A DNA stretch of 64,000 nucleotides, from the NCBI GenBank assembly GCA_002269645.1, contig NIVC01001948.1, positions 124,001 through 188,000 on the forward strand. Reading direction: 5' to 3'. Positions 12,101-24,823 of this stretch are shown here, one piece after another. The first letter of the stretch is position 1. Each line of letters opens with the position of its first letter. Source of the DNA: Macrostomum lignano. Lineage: Eukaryota. The translations under genes and the position numbers were made by a program. Below the pieces are notes generated by a model, which saw nothing but the letters and a program-made list of their open reading frames with translations, was not told the origin of the DNA and did not search any database.

Positions 12101-15100
12101 TACTAAAAAATGAACCCTGTTTACAAGTTTTCTGTTAATGATACTTTTGAGACTGTTGCTAAAAATTCAGAGATAATAAAACAGCATATACTGAATGGAA
12201 TAATTGATGAAGTTTACCTAAAATACGATGGCGGAAATGAACTAAAACTTTATCCACTTGAGTTGGATGGCTTCTTTTTCTTTTTTTCAAATTCTCCAAA
12301 AGTAACTTTAACTTTTTCAAGATTGTTATAGGCTTGTTGAGGAGACATATTTAATGCCGAATGATATGAATTATTATAACCTTTCACCAGGAAGGCCATT
12401 TAGGTGTCAAAGGTGAGACACTACTTTCTGAGCTGCTCAGAGTTCCAGAAAGAGCCCCACTTGATGTAATGCACTTGGTGTACATTAATGTTTGCAGCAA
12501 AATGATCTACTTTGGAATCAGGAAAAAGTTGCTAGATAGGACTGCTGTGTCTGCTAAGCTCGTAAATATTAAGGTGCCTCAACATTTTACTAGAAAACCT
12601 AGAACTCTCTATGATCTTGCACACTGGAAAGCGAGTGAACTCAAGAATGCACTTCTGTATTTTATTGTTCCACTATTGCTCATCTTGGGTGCTTCAAAAC
12701 AGCTTCTGTTTTGTTGTCTCTCATTTTAATGGCAACTTATTTACTATCATCTGACTATGTTCAGCGCGATCAACTGCCATTAATGGAGTGCATGATTTAT
12801 TGTTTTCAAGCTACTCTTGCTGCATGGTTTGGTGCAGAGTCTTGCACAATGTCAATTCATGCCCTGGAGCATCTTCCATCGCAAGTGAAGGCCTATGGAC
12901 CTTTGTGGTATACCTCAGCAGCTTTATTTGAAAGCTTTTTTGGGCGTTTGGTCTCTAAGATTCATGGGACGAGAAATGAGGTAGCAATTATGATAAGAAA
13001 TTTTCTTCAATGAAAGCAGAAAACTAGAGATAGTGCTGGCTTGAATCCAAATCTTGGTGCATCAAGGACTTCTGAAAGTGACCATCAACATCAAATATTT
13101 GTAAATGGTAACACCTTTATGACACTGCGTGCTGACAAGCATATAAAAAAATGCTAACTACTTAGCTGTGGCTCAACTTTGTAGTCAGAGAATGTTCTTA
13201 CGGATCAACAGTATCATCTGCCACAAGGGAAACTACTATTGTGAGTGCTTTGCCTTTAACAATGTGCAATACTTTTGTTAGCGTGCAGGCTTCAGTGAAA
13301 TACAATGTAGTTCCCAATGTAGTATCCATTGTAAGCTGAATGTGTCCTATTTACACATTGACTCCTAGTTTTTTGTTACTATAAATGCTAATCTACTTAA
13401 GGGGCATTTTATCTATATTCCTGCTGATTTTACTGTTTCTTTTGCTGTGCCTATAATAATAGATTTTGAACATGATAAGGCGATTTCTTTGTATGTACAA
13501 CACAACCAGTATAAGAAATGACATGAATTGTGCCAATGTCACCTCTCAAAGTGGCCATTATTTAACATTCCCACTGATATTGATCCTATGAGCTGGTTGA
13601 TATACTATATTAATTTTGCTATTTACTATTTTATGTACTCTTGTACTATGTAAAAATGGATATGATATCATTTTTATTCATCTTTTGGGTATATTACCGA
13701 TACTCAAATACTCATGCAGCAACATTGAAAAGTTGCCACTCTATGCGCCAGTGAGTAATTTCTCTTGTACTATTTACTATCCTGAAACTAACGATACAAG
13801 AAAACTGAAGGTAGCTTTAATCTGTCTAGCCTTTGCACACGGCTTCCCTACTTCATTCCTCAGCATAAGTATGCAATGTTAAGTTGCATAGTTAGTTGTG
13901 TCACTTGCAAAGACCAAATTTACTTGTACTCTCAAAAGTTGCAGCCACAGATGGAATCTTCTGTGATGGCTACTTCTCAATGTTGCAGAGTATTATGTTA
14001 AGTTTAAACTTTTTTGCTGCTAGGTTGCTCTAGGTTGCTTCCCTATCTGTTTTCTGTCTTACAAATGTAACCACAAACTAACAAAATTGTTATTTGTAAT
14101 AAACTTTTATTTACTTATATTACCATTTACTGTTACATGCATAGTGCATCTAAGGCCCTATTCAATACCCATCTAAACAAGTTTCTATGGTGCTGTAGCC
14201 ACCTAGGTAATACCTTTGGCAATATATTTTTCTGTTTGGTGCAACCAAATGTGATATAACAAACTTGCTAACTATTATTTACTAACTAACTATTATTACT
14301 ATTGCTAACTTTGTTTAAAAGTTGTTAAATTCAAAAGAATAATTAAATCTGCAAAACTAGAGGATTGTCTCACTTCCATTACCTAGCATTAGTCTAGCAT
14401 TTTAAAAAACAACCAGAAAAATGCCACTTTAAAAAAAGTAACTTCCACTACTACGTCAAAAATGCTAGAACTTTGCTCAACATTGCTAGGTACTTGTATT
14501 TAGAGCCTAGGTTATATATACAACCATTATAGATCCATATACTAAAAATGAGTTGTTTGTATGTGTGCTTATGCGCAATCGATTATCTCCCAAATGGCTC
14601 AACCGATTTTGTTCAAACTTGCACCATTTGATCAGAAATACAACCATTATAGATATAAGACTAATATAGAAAATAAAGATTAAAGATTAGGCATTCCTTT
14701 GGTTTACAATCACCCCAAATAGTGACAATCTTAAATAGTGACAATCACCTTAAACAGTGACAATCACCACAAAAAACAGTTGTAGGACATAAAATCCATA
14801 GTTTCTAATGAAACAAAATCAAATGTTGGCGAACTGACTTTGTTTATTTCAAAAGATGGTAAGATTGTCGTACCACCTTATATTTCACCTTTAGTTTACG
14901 ATCACCCAAACATATGTTGCCCAAAATGATTGTGAACTGAAGCTGGCCATAATAAAGTATACTAAGGCCAAGGGTTGACATGCTTTCCTACAGCCAGCTT
15001 TGGTTTATGATCATTTCAATGGAGTGTATGTGTAGAAGTGATCGTAAACTGAAAGTGAGGGGGGTATGGCACTGAAGATTAATTATACTAAGCTAGCATT

Positions 15101-17579
15101 GACATGCTTTCCTACAGTCAGCTTTAAATGATCGTAAACCAAAGGTGATATTATAAGCTAAACTAGTGAAGATGTACAAATATTTTCAATTTCAAATAAA
15201 CAAAGTTAGTTGATCAGCAAACTTTTGCTTTCTTTTCATTTGAAACTACTGTTGGTTTTTATGTCTTAGTTTTGAATATGCCATTTTTGCATTGCAATAA
15301 GCAGAATATAAGGTGATCATAAACCAAAACTAGAAAAATAGATGATAGTTAGTGTTCCGCCGTAGCCGTAGCTATGGCTAAGGGATCCTACAGCAAATAC
15401 GGTAAAATAGGTGCCTACAATAGCTACGGATATGCCCATGGTAGCTAGCTGCTTTTATGGCTATGACTACGGAAATATGGTAGTTGCTGTCACATTCCGT
15501 AGATTCCCATAGCTATAGTCATTAATGTTAAAGATTGAAAAAATATTAGAAACAGTTAGAGTAAAACAAAGACACTTTCAGTAAACTGTATTATCAACCT
15601 AAAAACTTATAAAATATACCTAATAAGTATAATAAAACACTAGCAAACTCTAATTTTTATTAATGTGAAAAAGTTTAGCGTTAGTACTTTCAATAACAAG
15701 TAAGTATTGTTGCTCTGAAAAAAGACGAAACATAATCTTACAAAGACAATTAAGTGTTTCTTTTATTTTCTAATTTAATTTGCAGTTGTTTAAGCACTAG
15801 GTTATCTTTTTGATTCAAAATATTTTGTTTTTTTAGACTTTTTGAATTTTGTTAAAACTATGGCTACAGCTATAGGAACTATGGGAATATGGTAATTTTG
15901 GGGTCCCTACAGCTATGAAATACAGAGAATTGGAGTAAGCCATAGTTTTGCTTATTGCTACGGCTATGCCACACTCAAGAAGGTTACATGTAAGCCAGAA
16001 TTTTCTAGCGTACCATTGAAAAGTGTGGCTATTTTGGCATACCACTTTGGCATACCACTGAGCTCAAGAAATTTTTGGCATACCAATTTTGGTGAATAAA
16101 TTCATGCCGTGTATAAAAATTGTAATGTAAATTAACCCTTTTTAGTTTTTACATAAATTGAAGGAAAATTTGTATAGTCTAGAAAGTCAGTGATAAACTT
16201 TTTGCTTTTATTAAAATTAAAAATGAATAAAACTTGTGTAAACTATTGCTAAGAATGTAAATTTTACATTCTTTTTCTGTAGGTTTAATTTATGTTTGTT
16301 TAAAATAAAAATATTTATAATATTTAAAAGAATTTTTGTATGAAAGCCTTTCTTAGAAAACTCTACTTGTGAAAACTGAATGACCTTTTTTAAAGAAGGA
16401 AGAATTTTTGGCATATAGTTTAGGGAATTTTTTTGTTTTTGGTGTACACTGGCGTACATTTAGCTGAGATAGGATTCTTGTTCCAGTGTCACTACTACAC
16501 GATCCAAACTGTGGTGGCTATGGTACATGGACCCTCCTTACAGCGCCATAGTCAGGATAATGTATATTACGCCAGAAATTTCTAGCATACAATTGAAAAT
16601 TTTACTTTTTTTGGCGTACAATTGGCATAAAAAATGAGGCAAAATATATTTGGCGTACTTTTTGGCGTGATGCCATGGCGTAAATACACCAAGCAGTGTA
16701 TGCCAACTCCAACCTTCACACTAAAGTTAATATTAACAATTGTTGGCATAACGCCGTAATCTCAGAATCTTATTATAAAATCATAAAAACCGTAAAACTT
16801 GTAAGATGAAAGTTCATAACTATTTGTGATTTATAAAAATTTAAAATTCCACGCAAACTAATTGTGTTAATTTTCTAAAAATACTTAAACAAAAAATTGA
16901 TTTTTGTTGGCATTATCTGTAAGCCAATTTACTTTAAAGGAAAACCACACATTTGTTAAATTTTTATTGTTAAAAAAATGTGTAATATGCAAAAAAGGTC
17001 ATTTATTGTTGCAAAGCCTAGAAAACCTGGCGTAAATTCCTAGGATCTTGGCGTACGTTTCAGTATGAAGTGGCATAGATTTTTTTAGGGGACTTTTTAT
17101 TCCGGCGTATACCATGACATGATCCTAACTATGGTTATAGCGGAACACTAGTGATCATAAACCAAAATTGGCAAAATAGATAGTGATCATAAACCAAAGG
17201 ATTGCCAATTATATTATATACAAGGCTAAAAAATATAAGGATATATAGGCCTAGCCCTATATATAAGCCAATAAGGTCAAGGACATCTTTAATTATTATA
17301 AATATAAATTATTAAATATATATAGCCTATAGGCCTATCATCAAGATACTTTAAAAGCATCTCGCCATGTAGGCTCCATTGAGCACACTGAGTTTTGAAA
17401 TTAATCTGTATAAAGTAAAAGTTACTATACTATATTATATTATATTTAACTAGGCCTAAATTAGTTAAAGAATAACTAAAATTAAATAAATAAATAATGA
17501 ACTAAATTTAAAAGAATAAATAAGTGGAGGTGAGGAAGTGTGTTTCGAAAATGCATACAGCTTTACTTACTGGATCCAT
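6103..17579 (-). CDS. SYP-like: Synaptophysin/synaptoporin-family MARVEL tetraspan vesicle protein, 257 aa; exons 17579-17571, 9875-9813, 8645-8307, 6931-6731, 6264-6103
   Basis: Spliced product MDP|LSGRNVEVFKEPRGVIRIIQF|LFAILAFATTAG...SSAQFYVFVGVMAFLY...|DFIVTAVWSILWFIASIAW...|ICGYANVFLWASSLWFLFKETSWF; all four introns phase 0 with canonical GT-AG; the 9-nt first exon (ATG GAT CCA|GTAAGT) is inferred and less certain; symbol is family-level only. Confidence 0.9.
6319..6682. repeat. 21-22-bp degenerate minisatellite (GGGATAATCTGAATCTCAT...)
   Basis: Tandem units in the last synaptophysin intron. Confidence 0.9.
7080..8080. repeat. 18-bp minisatellite (TCTCTACCCTTTCCCGTG) switching to a 21-bp variant near 7860
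   Basis: Direct tandem periodicity; produces the (CLYPFP)n and (LYPSPLR)n artefact ORFs. Confidence 0.95.
8675..9740. repeat. 10-bp minisatellite (TGTGTCCTGA)n with internal block duplications
   Basis: About 100 tandem units in a synaptophysin intron. Confidence 0.95.
10285..13300 (+). mobile_element. Decayed EnSpm/CACTA (CMC)-type transposon: accessory ORF 10285-10983 and frameshifted transposase about 12110-13300
   Basis: Transposase motifs PLDVMH, FTRKPRTLYDLAHWKASELKNALLY, HALEHLPSQVKAYGPLWYTSAALFESFFGRL typical of this superfamily; split by frameshifts and stops. Confidence 0.8.
11752..11938. mobile_element. MITE-like foldback element, about 55-bp imperfect inverted arms
   Basis: CCTATCAAAC...CATTTGAAGGGCTAGAGAGGGGATACGAGGGGGGA versus TCCTCCCCCTCGTATCCCCCTCCAGCCCTTCAAATGTTTGATAGG; no clear TSD. 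Confidence 0.7.
14534..14636 (+). mobile_element. Possible Helitron-type 5' end fragment
   Basis: A|TC start followed by CATATACTAAAAATGAGTTGTTTGTATGTGTG...CAACCGATTTTG resembles non-autonomous Helitron 5' ends; bracketed by a 17-bp direct repeat ATACAACCATTATAGAT. Confidence 0.35.
14781..15270. repeat. Old imperfect inverted-repeat (foldback) element
   Basis: 14781-14855 (GACATAAAA..TAGTTTC.AATGAAA..ACTTTGTTTATTT) matches the reverse complement of about 15190-15265. Confidence 0.45.
15350..17150. mobile_element. Non-autonomous DNA transposon, 1.8 kb, about 25-bp TIRs (TAGTGTTCCGC...GCGGAACACTA)
   Basis: 11-bp perfect and about 25-bp imperfect TIR; interrupts a host GTGATCATAAACCAAA repeat seen on both sides; internal short repeats GCTATGG/CTACGG and TGGCGTA/TGGCATA; no ORF. 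Confidence 0.72.
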
Positions 17580-19614
17580 CCTTAGTCGCTAAGATGTTTT
17601 TTTGACAAACGCTACCGAATAAAGAATAGTTTAGTCAGGTCAGGTTCTCAGACCTCAGTGAGTTGATCCAGCTAATAAGTTGATAACTTCTTTGTTGTTT
17701 AGTATAGTATCACAATAATGGTAATACCACTCTAAACAGCTTGTTCTGATTGCAATGGGAAAATTAAGTACCGGGCTAAATTAAATTTGAGCGACAGTAG
17801 AGTTTTATGGATTGGAAATGCTTAGGAGTAAAAAATGTGGATGAAGTTTGCTTTGGAGCGAGTTTTGACAATTATCCAAGAATCGTAGTTTTCGTAGAAG
17901 TCACTTTAACAAACGTTAAATAAAACATAAAAACTTTTTTAATTAGTGTACATGTATATTTTTTATTATTGTTTTTCTATCACATGTGATTTTGGGATAA
18001 GCCCACTTTAACATGTTCTACTTTTACCATTAGAAAGAGAAACGCGTTATGTGAAAAGCCATAACAATATATATTGTGGCGGCCAGACTGGTGCATGGCC
18101 GAGAGCGGGGCCCACCTGTACACAGGCCCCTGCACGCCTGGCTGCTGGGGAGTTTTGCCCAGCCAGCCAGTTCGATCTGACTCATAACTCCCTAATTCTC
18201 GTTATGTATAAATAACTATAATGCTGAACAAATATATACACAAGATATTTTTGCTCGCTTGCTATACTAGCTACCACTCGCAAGCCGCTTCAATATGTTA
18301 AGCGAATGTGCTGTGATATAGCTGATGTTGTTCTTGATATATGAATTAAAAATGTACAGTTCGTATAATTAAGCTGCGTTATATTACATGGGCATGTACA
18401 GTTTCTAGCTAGAGACCTGGACTATAACTAGAGAAAATTAATCTGAAATTACATGTACGCCACATAATGTATATTTATTAATTTGCTTGTAGGACGCTGG
18501 CTGCAGGTGTTGTACAACGGTAACTTTTAGTTTTTCTAGCATGGTTCTTTTGTTGCATTGCGTGAACAAAAATTCCATGTATCATAAAATTGGTAAGTTA
18601 TTTATTTTATTTAAAATTTAAATTTTTTCGTAATGTCCTGCTGAAAAACTGCACACGTAGCGCTCATCTCAGCTGCGGCACAAGGACCACTGTATATAGC
18701 TATACAGTGTATATAGTAGCTATACAGTGTATATATACAGTATACAGTGATACAGTGTACCTAAGTTATATGTACTCGTACAAAGTAATTGTAGTGTAAA
18801 GTTCACCTGAATTCAACTGACAATTCAGTACGGGAAAATTGAGACAATTCAATAAATTTCCCTGAATCCTGCAGTACTCTACTCTCAGCAATTAAATAAA
18901 CAGTATAGCTTAATAAGCATTCTGTAGAATCTAAGAAACGATGCGGGGTCAGCTAGAAAGTATTTACTTGATCGGATTCCTTCAGATGCACATAATTCTT
19001 ATAATTACATCACATGCATTTTTATGTATCTTTGAAGAGGCCGCAAACCTAAAGAGACACCAATTTTATAGTAGATTTGGTTTTTTCGAAGGTGGCCCTT
19101 ACTGTCTCTTGGTGGGAGCCTTATATTGTATCGTGGTGGACGCCACGGTCTTTTGGTAGGCCGCCCAATCTTCTGCGCGTACTGGGGAGGGGGGGGGTGT
19201 TTCACAAACTCAAAATTTCACAACGTCGTAGAAAATGTAGAAAACTACTGCATAGTTCTTGTTATATTAATTTTTCGTCGTTGTGAAATTTCGATCTTGT
19301 AAAATTTTGACCTTATGAAGTCTTCGATGTTGAAATTTCGACCTTGTGAAAGCACCGGCCCCACGTACTCTGGTGGATGAGGCCATGTCCAAGTGGTGGC
19401 AAAACGTTGCTCTCCAGTCATTTCGTCGAGCTTCATGTTGGTTAATACTACAATTGTATTTAGTTTTTATTAGAACGTAATTTTTGGGGGGGGAGATTGG
19501 TATCAGACAGACAGTCTCTAAACATTAGTGTCTTGGCACGTGGAATGAAAATAATGGCAGCTAGGCATAGATGTAAGACAAATTCAGCCCTCTGTCTCCT
19601 CAGTCTCTGCAGAC

Positions 19615-20460
19615 TCATTGATCGTCGAATCCATCATCATTGGTTGCGGATGCTCTTCCATTAGGCGTAGTTGGCGGCGCCCTCAATGGCCTCAGCAGAT
19701 TAGCGCCATCGTCGGCTTGTGCACCTTCTTTAGCACCACCGGCCGCGCCATCCTCGTGAGCGTCATCAATAAAAACGAAGCCACAGACTAGACAAACAGG
19801 GCCTCGATGCCGGCTGATGTAGATCTGTCTCCTGCGATGCCGAACGCAGCGACATATTCGCAAACGATGATTGGATTGAAGCATTTGATAGTTAGTCTGT
19901 TGCTGCTGGTTTTGCTGTTGAAGGTCCAGCTGCTGGTGTCGATGAAGCAGCTGGTAGTGAGGATAGTGGCTGGACTCCTGCGGCAGCGTTAGGCTGTTCA
20001 ACCTTCGTAGCGTTGGTAGCAGTCGTAGTGACACTGAGTCGGATTTCGATTTGCTGCTAAAAATAGTCTTGTTACCGCCCTGCTGAGCTGGTTTCGCCTG
20101 CTCACCCGAGGCTAAGGTTGATTGCGTCTGCGATTAGAGCGCGTTTTTAGTTAGTTTACTCAGAAGTTTTTTTGTCGATTGAGGCTTCAACTTTTCAGAA
20201 GTTCATATAATATTAATGGATTTCTCTGCGTGTAAGACGAAAACCAGTTCTCGACTTGGCGGCCCTAAAGGTACACTGGACTATTGGACCAAAGTCAAAC
20301 CATTTTCAAGAAAATCTCCACAGTAAGCGGAATTTCGACGCCACTTTATAAAACGCTCACCTCCTAATCAAAAGCTTCTAACACTTCAGACATCAGGCGT
20401 TTTGACATTTTTTCGGCAGGCCTGTGTTAAACCCCATCAAACTCTGAAGACCTTTTACGA
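19615..20460 (-). pseudogene. Coding-like decayed segment, possibly the 3' part of the orphan gene at 23578-24823
   Basis: GC-richer than the flanks, Q/A-rich open stretch 19615-20130 and a stop-interrupted frame (EKMSKRLMSEVLEAFD*EVSVL*SGVEIPLTVEIFLKMV*LW); no family recognised. Confidence 0.25.
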
Positions 20461-20496
20461 TGTTTTTAGATTAAAAAATCTAAGAACTAAAGGTAC

Positions 20497-23319
20497 CCCT
20501 AGTTGACAATCTTACAAACTGACTTGTCAGATCTGATTTCTCTTGAATAGTCTTATTAAATCTTCTCAGATCTGTTCAGAAAATGTAAGTGACAGATAAA
20601 AATCTATGATTAGTATGTTTTGTATGCAAACAATATTTTCCTGCTTTAAAAGTCGAAAAAGCTTTTATAATGTGATAATTTAATTCACTAATTCACAGTT
20701 TAGTTGATCTAACAGATTTCGCAAGGTGATAATGCAAGTTGCGATTGCATATGTATCGAAGGGAAAATTTATAATAGGTAAAAGGAGTACTGCACAGCAG
20801 AATTGTATTACATATAAAATTTCAGCATGATGTGTTTCATTTTTACAGTTTAGTAATCTTAAACTGGTATTCCTATGTACATGTGTACACATATGTAGTC
20901 ATTTTTACACTGTCGTAAAATATTTGCTAAATGTATAAGAAACTATAAAAACGTATTTGTACACTTAAGTAATATATAATAGTTGTATTTACTTATCTAA
21001 ATGGGCAAATGGGCAAGTTTATAAATAAAAAATGTGCCCTGTTTGTTTTAACTATGTTTTCTTTTAAATAAGCTTCTGCTGTATTTACTTTCGTAGATCG
21101 ATTTATCGGATATTCATCTAGGCTACAAATTTACCAACGCGTCTGCTAATTTGTAGGCCTAAGCCTATGAAAAGTTTTTTGCTACTTTCTATTTTAATTT
21201 TTCAGTAAATACTTTATTTGCAATGCAAGTGACAAGAGCAGCCATTAATGGCCCGAGTCCAGGAAATGAAGCTAAAGTCTTTGTGTCTTTGTACTGCATT
21301 CTGTGCTGTGGTAGCAGTACTAAGAATTTTTTACAAATCTTCAAGCTAACAGACACTCGATTTTCATCATGTTCTTTAGAAGCACGCCTGCGTTGAGATT
21401 TTGTAAGTATGGAGCTCTACATTGTTAATTAGAGAAAAAATGATGATAAGCATTGGCCTAGCCCTAGCCTACCTAGCCTAAGCCAAGCCCTAGGCACATG
21501 ATGAAGATGGCCACAGCTCTAAATATCTAAATAGATCATAGGCCTAGGTCTATATATTTCCTCATTTCCTATTATTAGTATAATGGAGATAAGTAAGGGA
21601 GATAAGTACTAGGGCATATATATATATATATAAAATGGAATTAGATTAGGCCTAACCAAACAAAAACTTGAAAAAACAATTTTGTATTGTGAATAAAGTC
21701 TAAAAATCTGTTATTGCATGATATTTATATATTCAATTATAATTAAACTTCATAATTTACATAATGATGGCACTAGGGGGGGGGCCTAAGTTATGAATTA
21801 ATATTAAAAAGTTGATAATACAGAGATTAAAAAATTCTATGCTGTAGCCATCTTGGACTTGGTTTTACACCCTACATGTATCACTAAGCCATGTTGCCCT
21901 TCCATTGTCATTCTATCCTAGTTTGGTTTTCACATTTTTTTTCTAATTTTGACCTAGACCTAATTTTTTAAAAGTATTTGGGCTAAAAATATAGCAGTGA
22001 AGTATAATTTGCATATTTAAAAACATTAAGGCAAAACCTTTATGCTTTTTAATCATTGGGACAGATATTTTAAACCAAATGTGTAGTGTATAAAGGCATT
22101 GTCCAGTGTCCAAGCCATTAATTCTTTTATACCCGTAGCCACAGAGCCAACAAATCTGCTGTCAAGTTTGATTGATATGGTAAATCATCAGATTTTAGAA
22201 AGAAGCAAACAAATGCTTTCAAGAAATCATGCAAAATATTGATTTTAACCTACCTGCAACTTGAGTAAGTATTGTGCATATTTCTCTGAAAAGTACTAGT
22301 GTATTTCATTATCATTATTTCAATTATTGTATATGTATACTCCACTTTATTTTTATTTCAAGATGCTTTTCGGGCTTGCTATGGACAGACACTGGAGAGC
22401 TACTTGGCTGTTGCTCAACCAAGCATCTAGATATTGTGCCAGGACAAGTGTCAAGAAGCACAGGTGTCAGCAAGCCAATCTGCCAATGGCCGCAGCAGAT
22501 GGCACTATGAATGGTGCTTGACTTGGTGTGTCAGTTTTTATAAAATTCTTCTTTAACTTCAAAGTTTCGGATTTGTTTGTTTTTTATGTAATGCACTTAA
22601 GACACAAAATTAAAAAAGTAAGGTAAAAAATTACAGTTGCTTTTAACTTTTTGATTGATTAATTAACTAATTGCAGGTAAAACTTGAAGGAATTTTAAAA
22701 GTTTCCTTCATAAAGACGTCAATTAAAACAATTTTTGCTGTTGGTTTTAGTGCTAAATAGTTAAATAGAAGTACTGGTATAATAGTGAGTTAAACATCTT
22801 TTAATTGTTATTAAATTGTTATGCAGTGCTTAAAAGACCTTGCTTTTTGGTTTAGTTGTGACTGCATTTGCAGATGAATTTTGTTTGCATGTTTCTTTGT
22901 GCCAATTTTTCTGTCCTAAATAAATTGCCAAAGTTGATTTTTGGTTTTCTAATGCCTACAGTCTGTCTTGAATATAATTAAATGACAATAATAAATGCTT
23001 TTTTCTAATAAATCCAACCTTATATTAAATTATTTATTGCTGTACATAAACACAAATATAAAGCTTTTTAAGCAATTAATTGTTTATATTCTTTTTTCCT
23101 TTTATTAATATTCGAGAATCAAATAACCAAAAATGCTGACCATTGAATTCTGCATAGATAAACATATGCAAAATTTCCTGCGATTTCTTGCCAGATCTTA
23201 CCCAACTCTTGTCAAATCTTACAGGATACCTTAAGTAAGATCTTATAATTTCTTTGGAATTATTGAAGGAATTGGTAAGTCAGATTTTGTAAGATTTGGC
23301 AAGTCATTGTCAACTAGGG
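20497..23319. mobile_element. Non-autonomous EnSpm/CMC-type DNA transposon, 2823 bp
   Basis: Perfect 14-bp TIR CCCTAGTTGACAAT (20497-20510 / 23306-23319), 2-bp TSD AC on both sides, subterminal AATCTTACAAA and TGACTTG repeats. Confidence 0.82.
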
Positions 23320-23577
23320 ACATTTATGCACTTTCTTTATTCTCAAAGCGTTAAAACAAAGTCTGTCCATGCTCTGAAACATTGCCTTGAGCTGGAAGTT
23401 CATCCTTATTCAGGATTTTGTACCACTTTATAAAAGTGGTCATTTCTAGGAAACTGTCGCGAGCAAGCGTTCCTAGATCATTTTTAGAAGCATCCGGCCG
23501 GAAGTTGATATGGTTTGTAAAACTCAGAGCTCGAGAAAAATTATTGAAAGGTTTATAGGTTGAGTCAAATTAAGCAC

Positions 23578-24823
23578 CTGAATATAAGTAGCTCGTATTG
23601 TAAGGCTCTGGAAAAAATGGTGATTGCAATCGCGACATCCTGTCGACTAGAATTTTCGGTTGTTTTTAAATTGTGGATTACATTCCAGTTGGACTCTCCA
23701 GTTAACATCTCATTTCTAATCTATGAAACCAGCATACAAAGCTTATAGGCAAGTATTTCTAATTTTATATTACAAAGAAAATTGTACCTCCATGAAATCA
23801 GCAGTAGCAGTCGCTTTGTTAATAGCAGAAAACCAGTTAAAACCGGTGGTTCCATTCAATTCTTCGCCTTGACTTCGCTTAGAATGTCTAAAACCTTGCA
23901 GTCCGGCCGCGTCGCCGAGTTTTCTCACTGGGAACCGGTGTCGCAACGACGCGGTCGGGGCGTAATTTTGCACCTGAACGCAGCTGCGAATGCCTAACGA
24001 CCAATCGTAAAGGCTGGCCACCTGGTCTGACAAGCGCTTTTTCTGCTTCTGCTGCTGCTGCTGCTGCTGCTCAGAACGTGGGTTGCCTGGCGTTAAATCA
24101 GACTCAGGAGACGGTTGTTGACCCCCGGGTTGCGATCTGAATAGGCGGATGATGCAATATGATCTCATCGATTCATATGACAATTATGATACATAATTGA
24201 TTGCACCCGCCCTAATGGCAGGTAACTGACAGCTCAGCCGCAGCTATTGAGCGGCACATCTGAAGGCTGCGTACGGCTGTTCAGTCCAAGGACTGGGGGC
24301 AGCCACACACACCCTCAATTATCCCAGCTATTGCTGGCAGCCATTTTACAGCTGGGTGGGTGAACTGAAGCGAAGCATGAGTCAAGTGTCTGGCTCAAGG
24401 ACACAAATTGTTCTGAAGTGGATTCGAGAATCGAACCCCCGACCTTTCAGTCGTGAGACCTACGCTTTAACTACTAGCCTTCAACCCCTCGATTCATAAA
24501 ATGCAAATAATTGTATTGTATACCTGTAGTTGCATAAACTCTTCGAGGTATTATTAAAGCAATGATGGTAATCCACTTTTACATCCTGTATACTACAAAT
24601 TAGTTGTCTATGGGTTTTTGCATGATCGATCTTTCTTTGAAAAAATAAAAAATACCTATTGACAGCCTCAAAATTACCTCATCGATTGTTGCTGCTGCAG
24701 TCCATCTTCGACTCCAGTCTGACCAAGCAGCACCTGCTGTTGCTGACCAGCTTCAACGATACTTGATGAAGCTTCGCTTTTGCTGGCCTGCCACATTTTT
24801 TCACTTGGTGCTGTGTTTTGCAT
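23578..24823 (-). CDS. Unidentified spliced ORF (orphan or pseudogene); exons 24823-24678, 24136-23788, 23720-23578
   Basis: Three open exons joined by GT-AG introns in consistent phase (2, then 0; 67-nt second intron); Q-rich N-terminus; 3' continuation unclear and cut by the TIR element at 23319. Confidence 0.45.
24190..24488 (-). mobile_element. tRNA-derived CORE-type SINE, copy 2
   Basis: Reverse complement aligns over its full length with 2696-3000, including A/B boxes and the 3' CAGTCCTTGGACTGAACAGCCGTACGCAGCCTTCAGATG block. Confidence 0.88.

Noticed and set aside
21230-21420. BED-finger/hAT relic
   Set aside because: Only a loose Cys/GSST resemblance; the conserved His residues are missing
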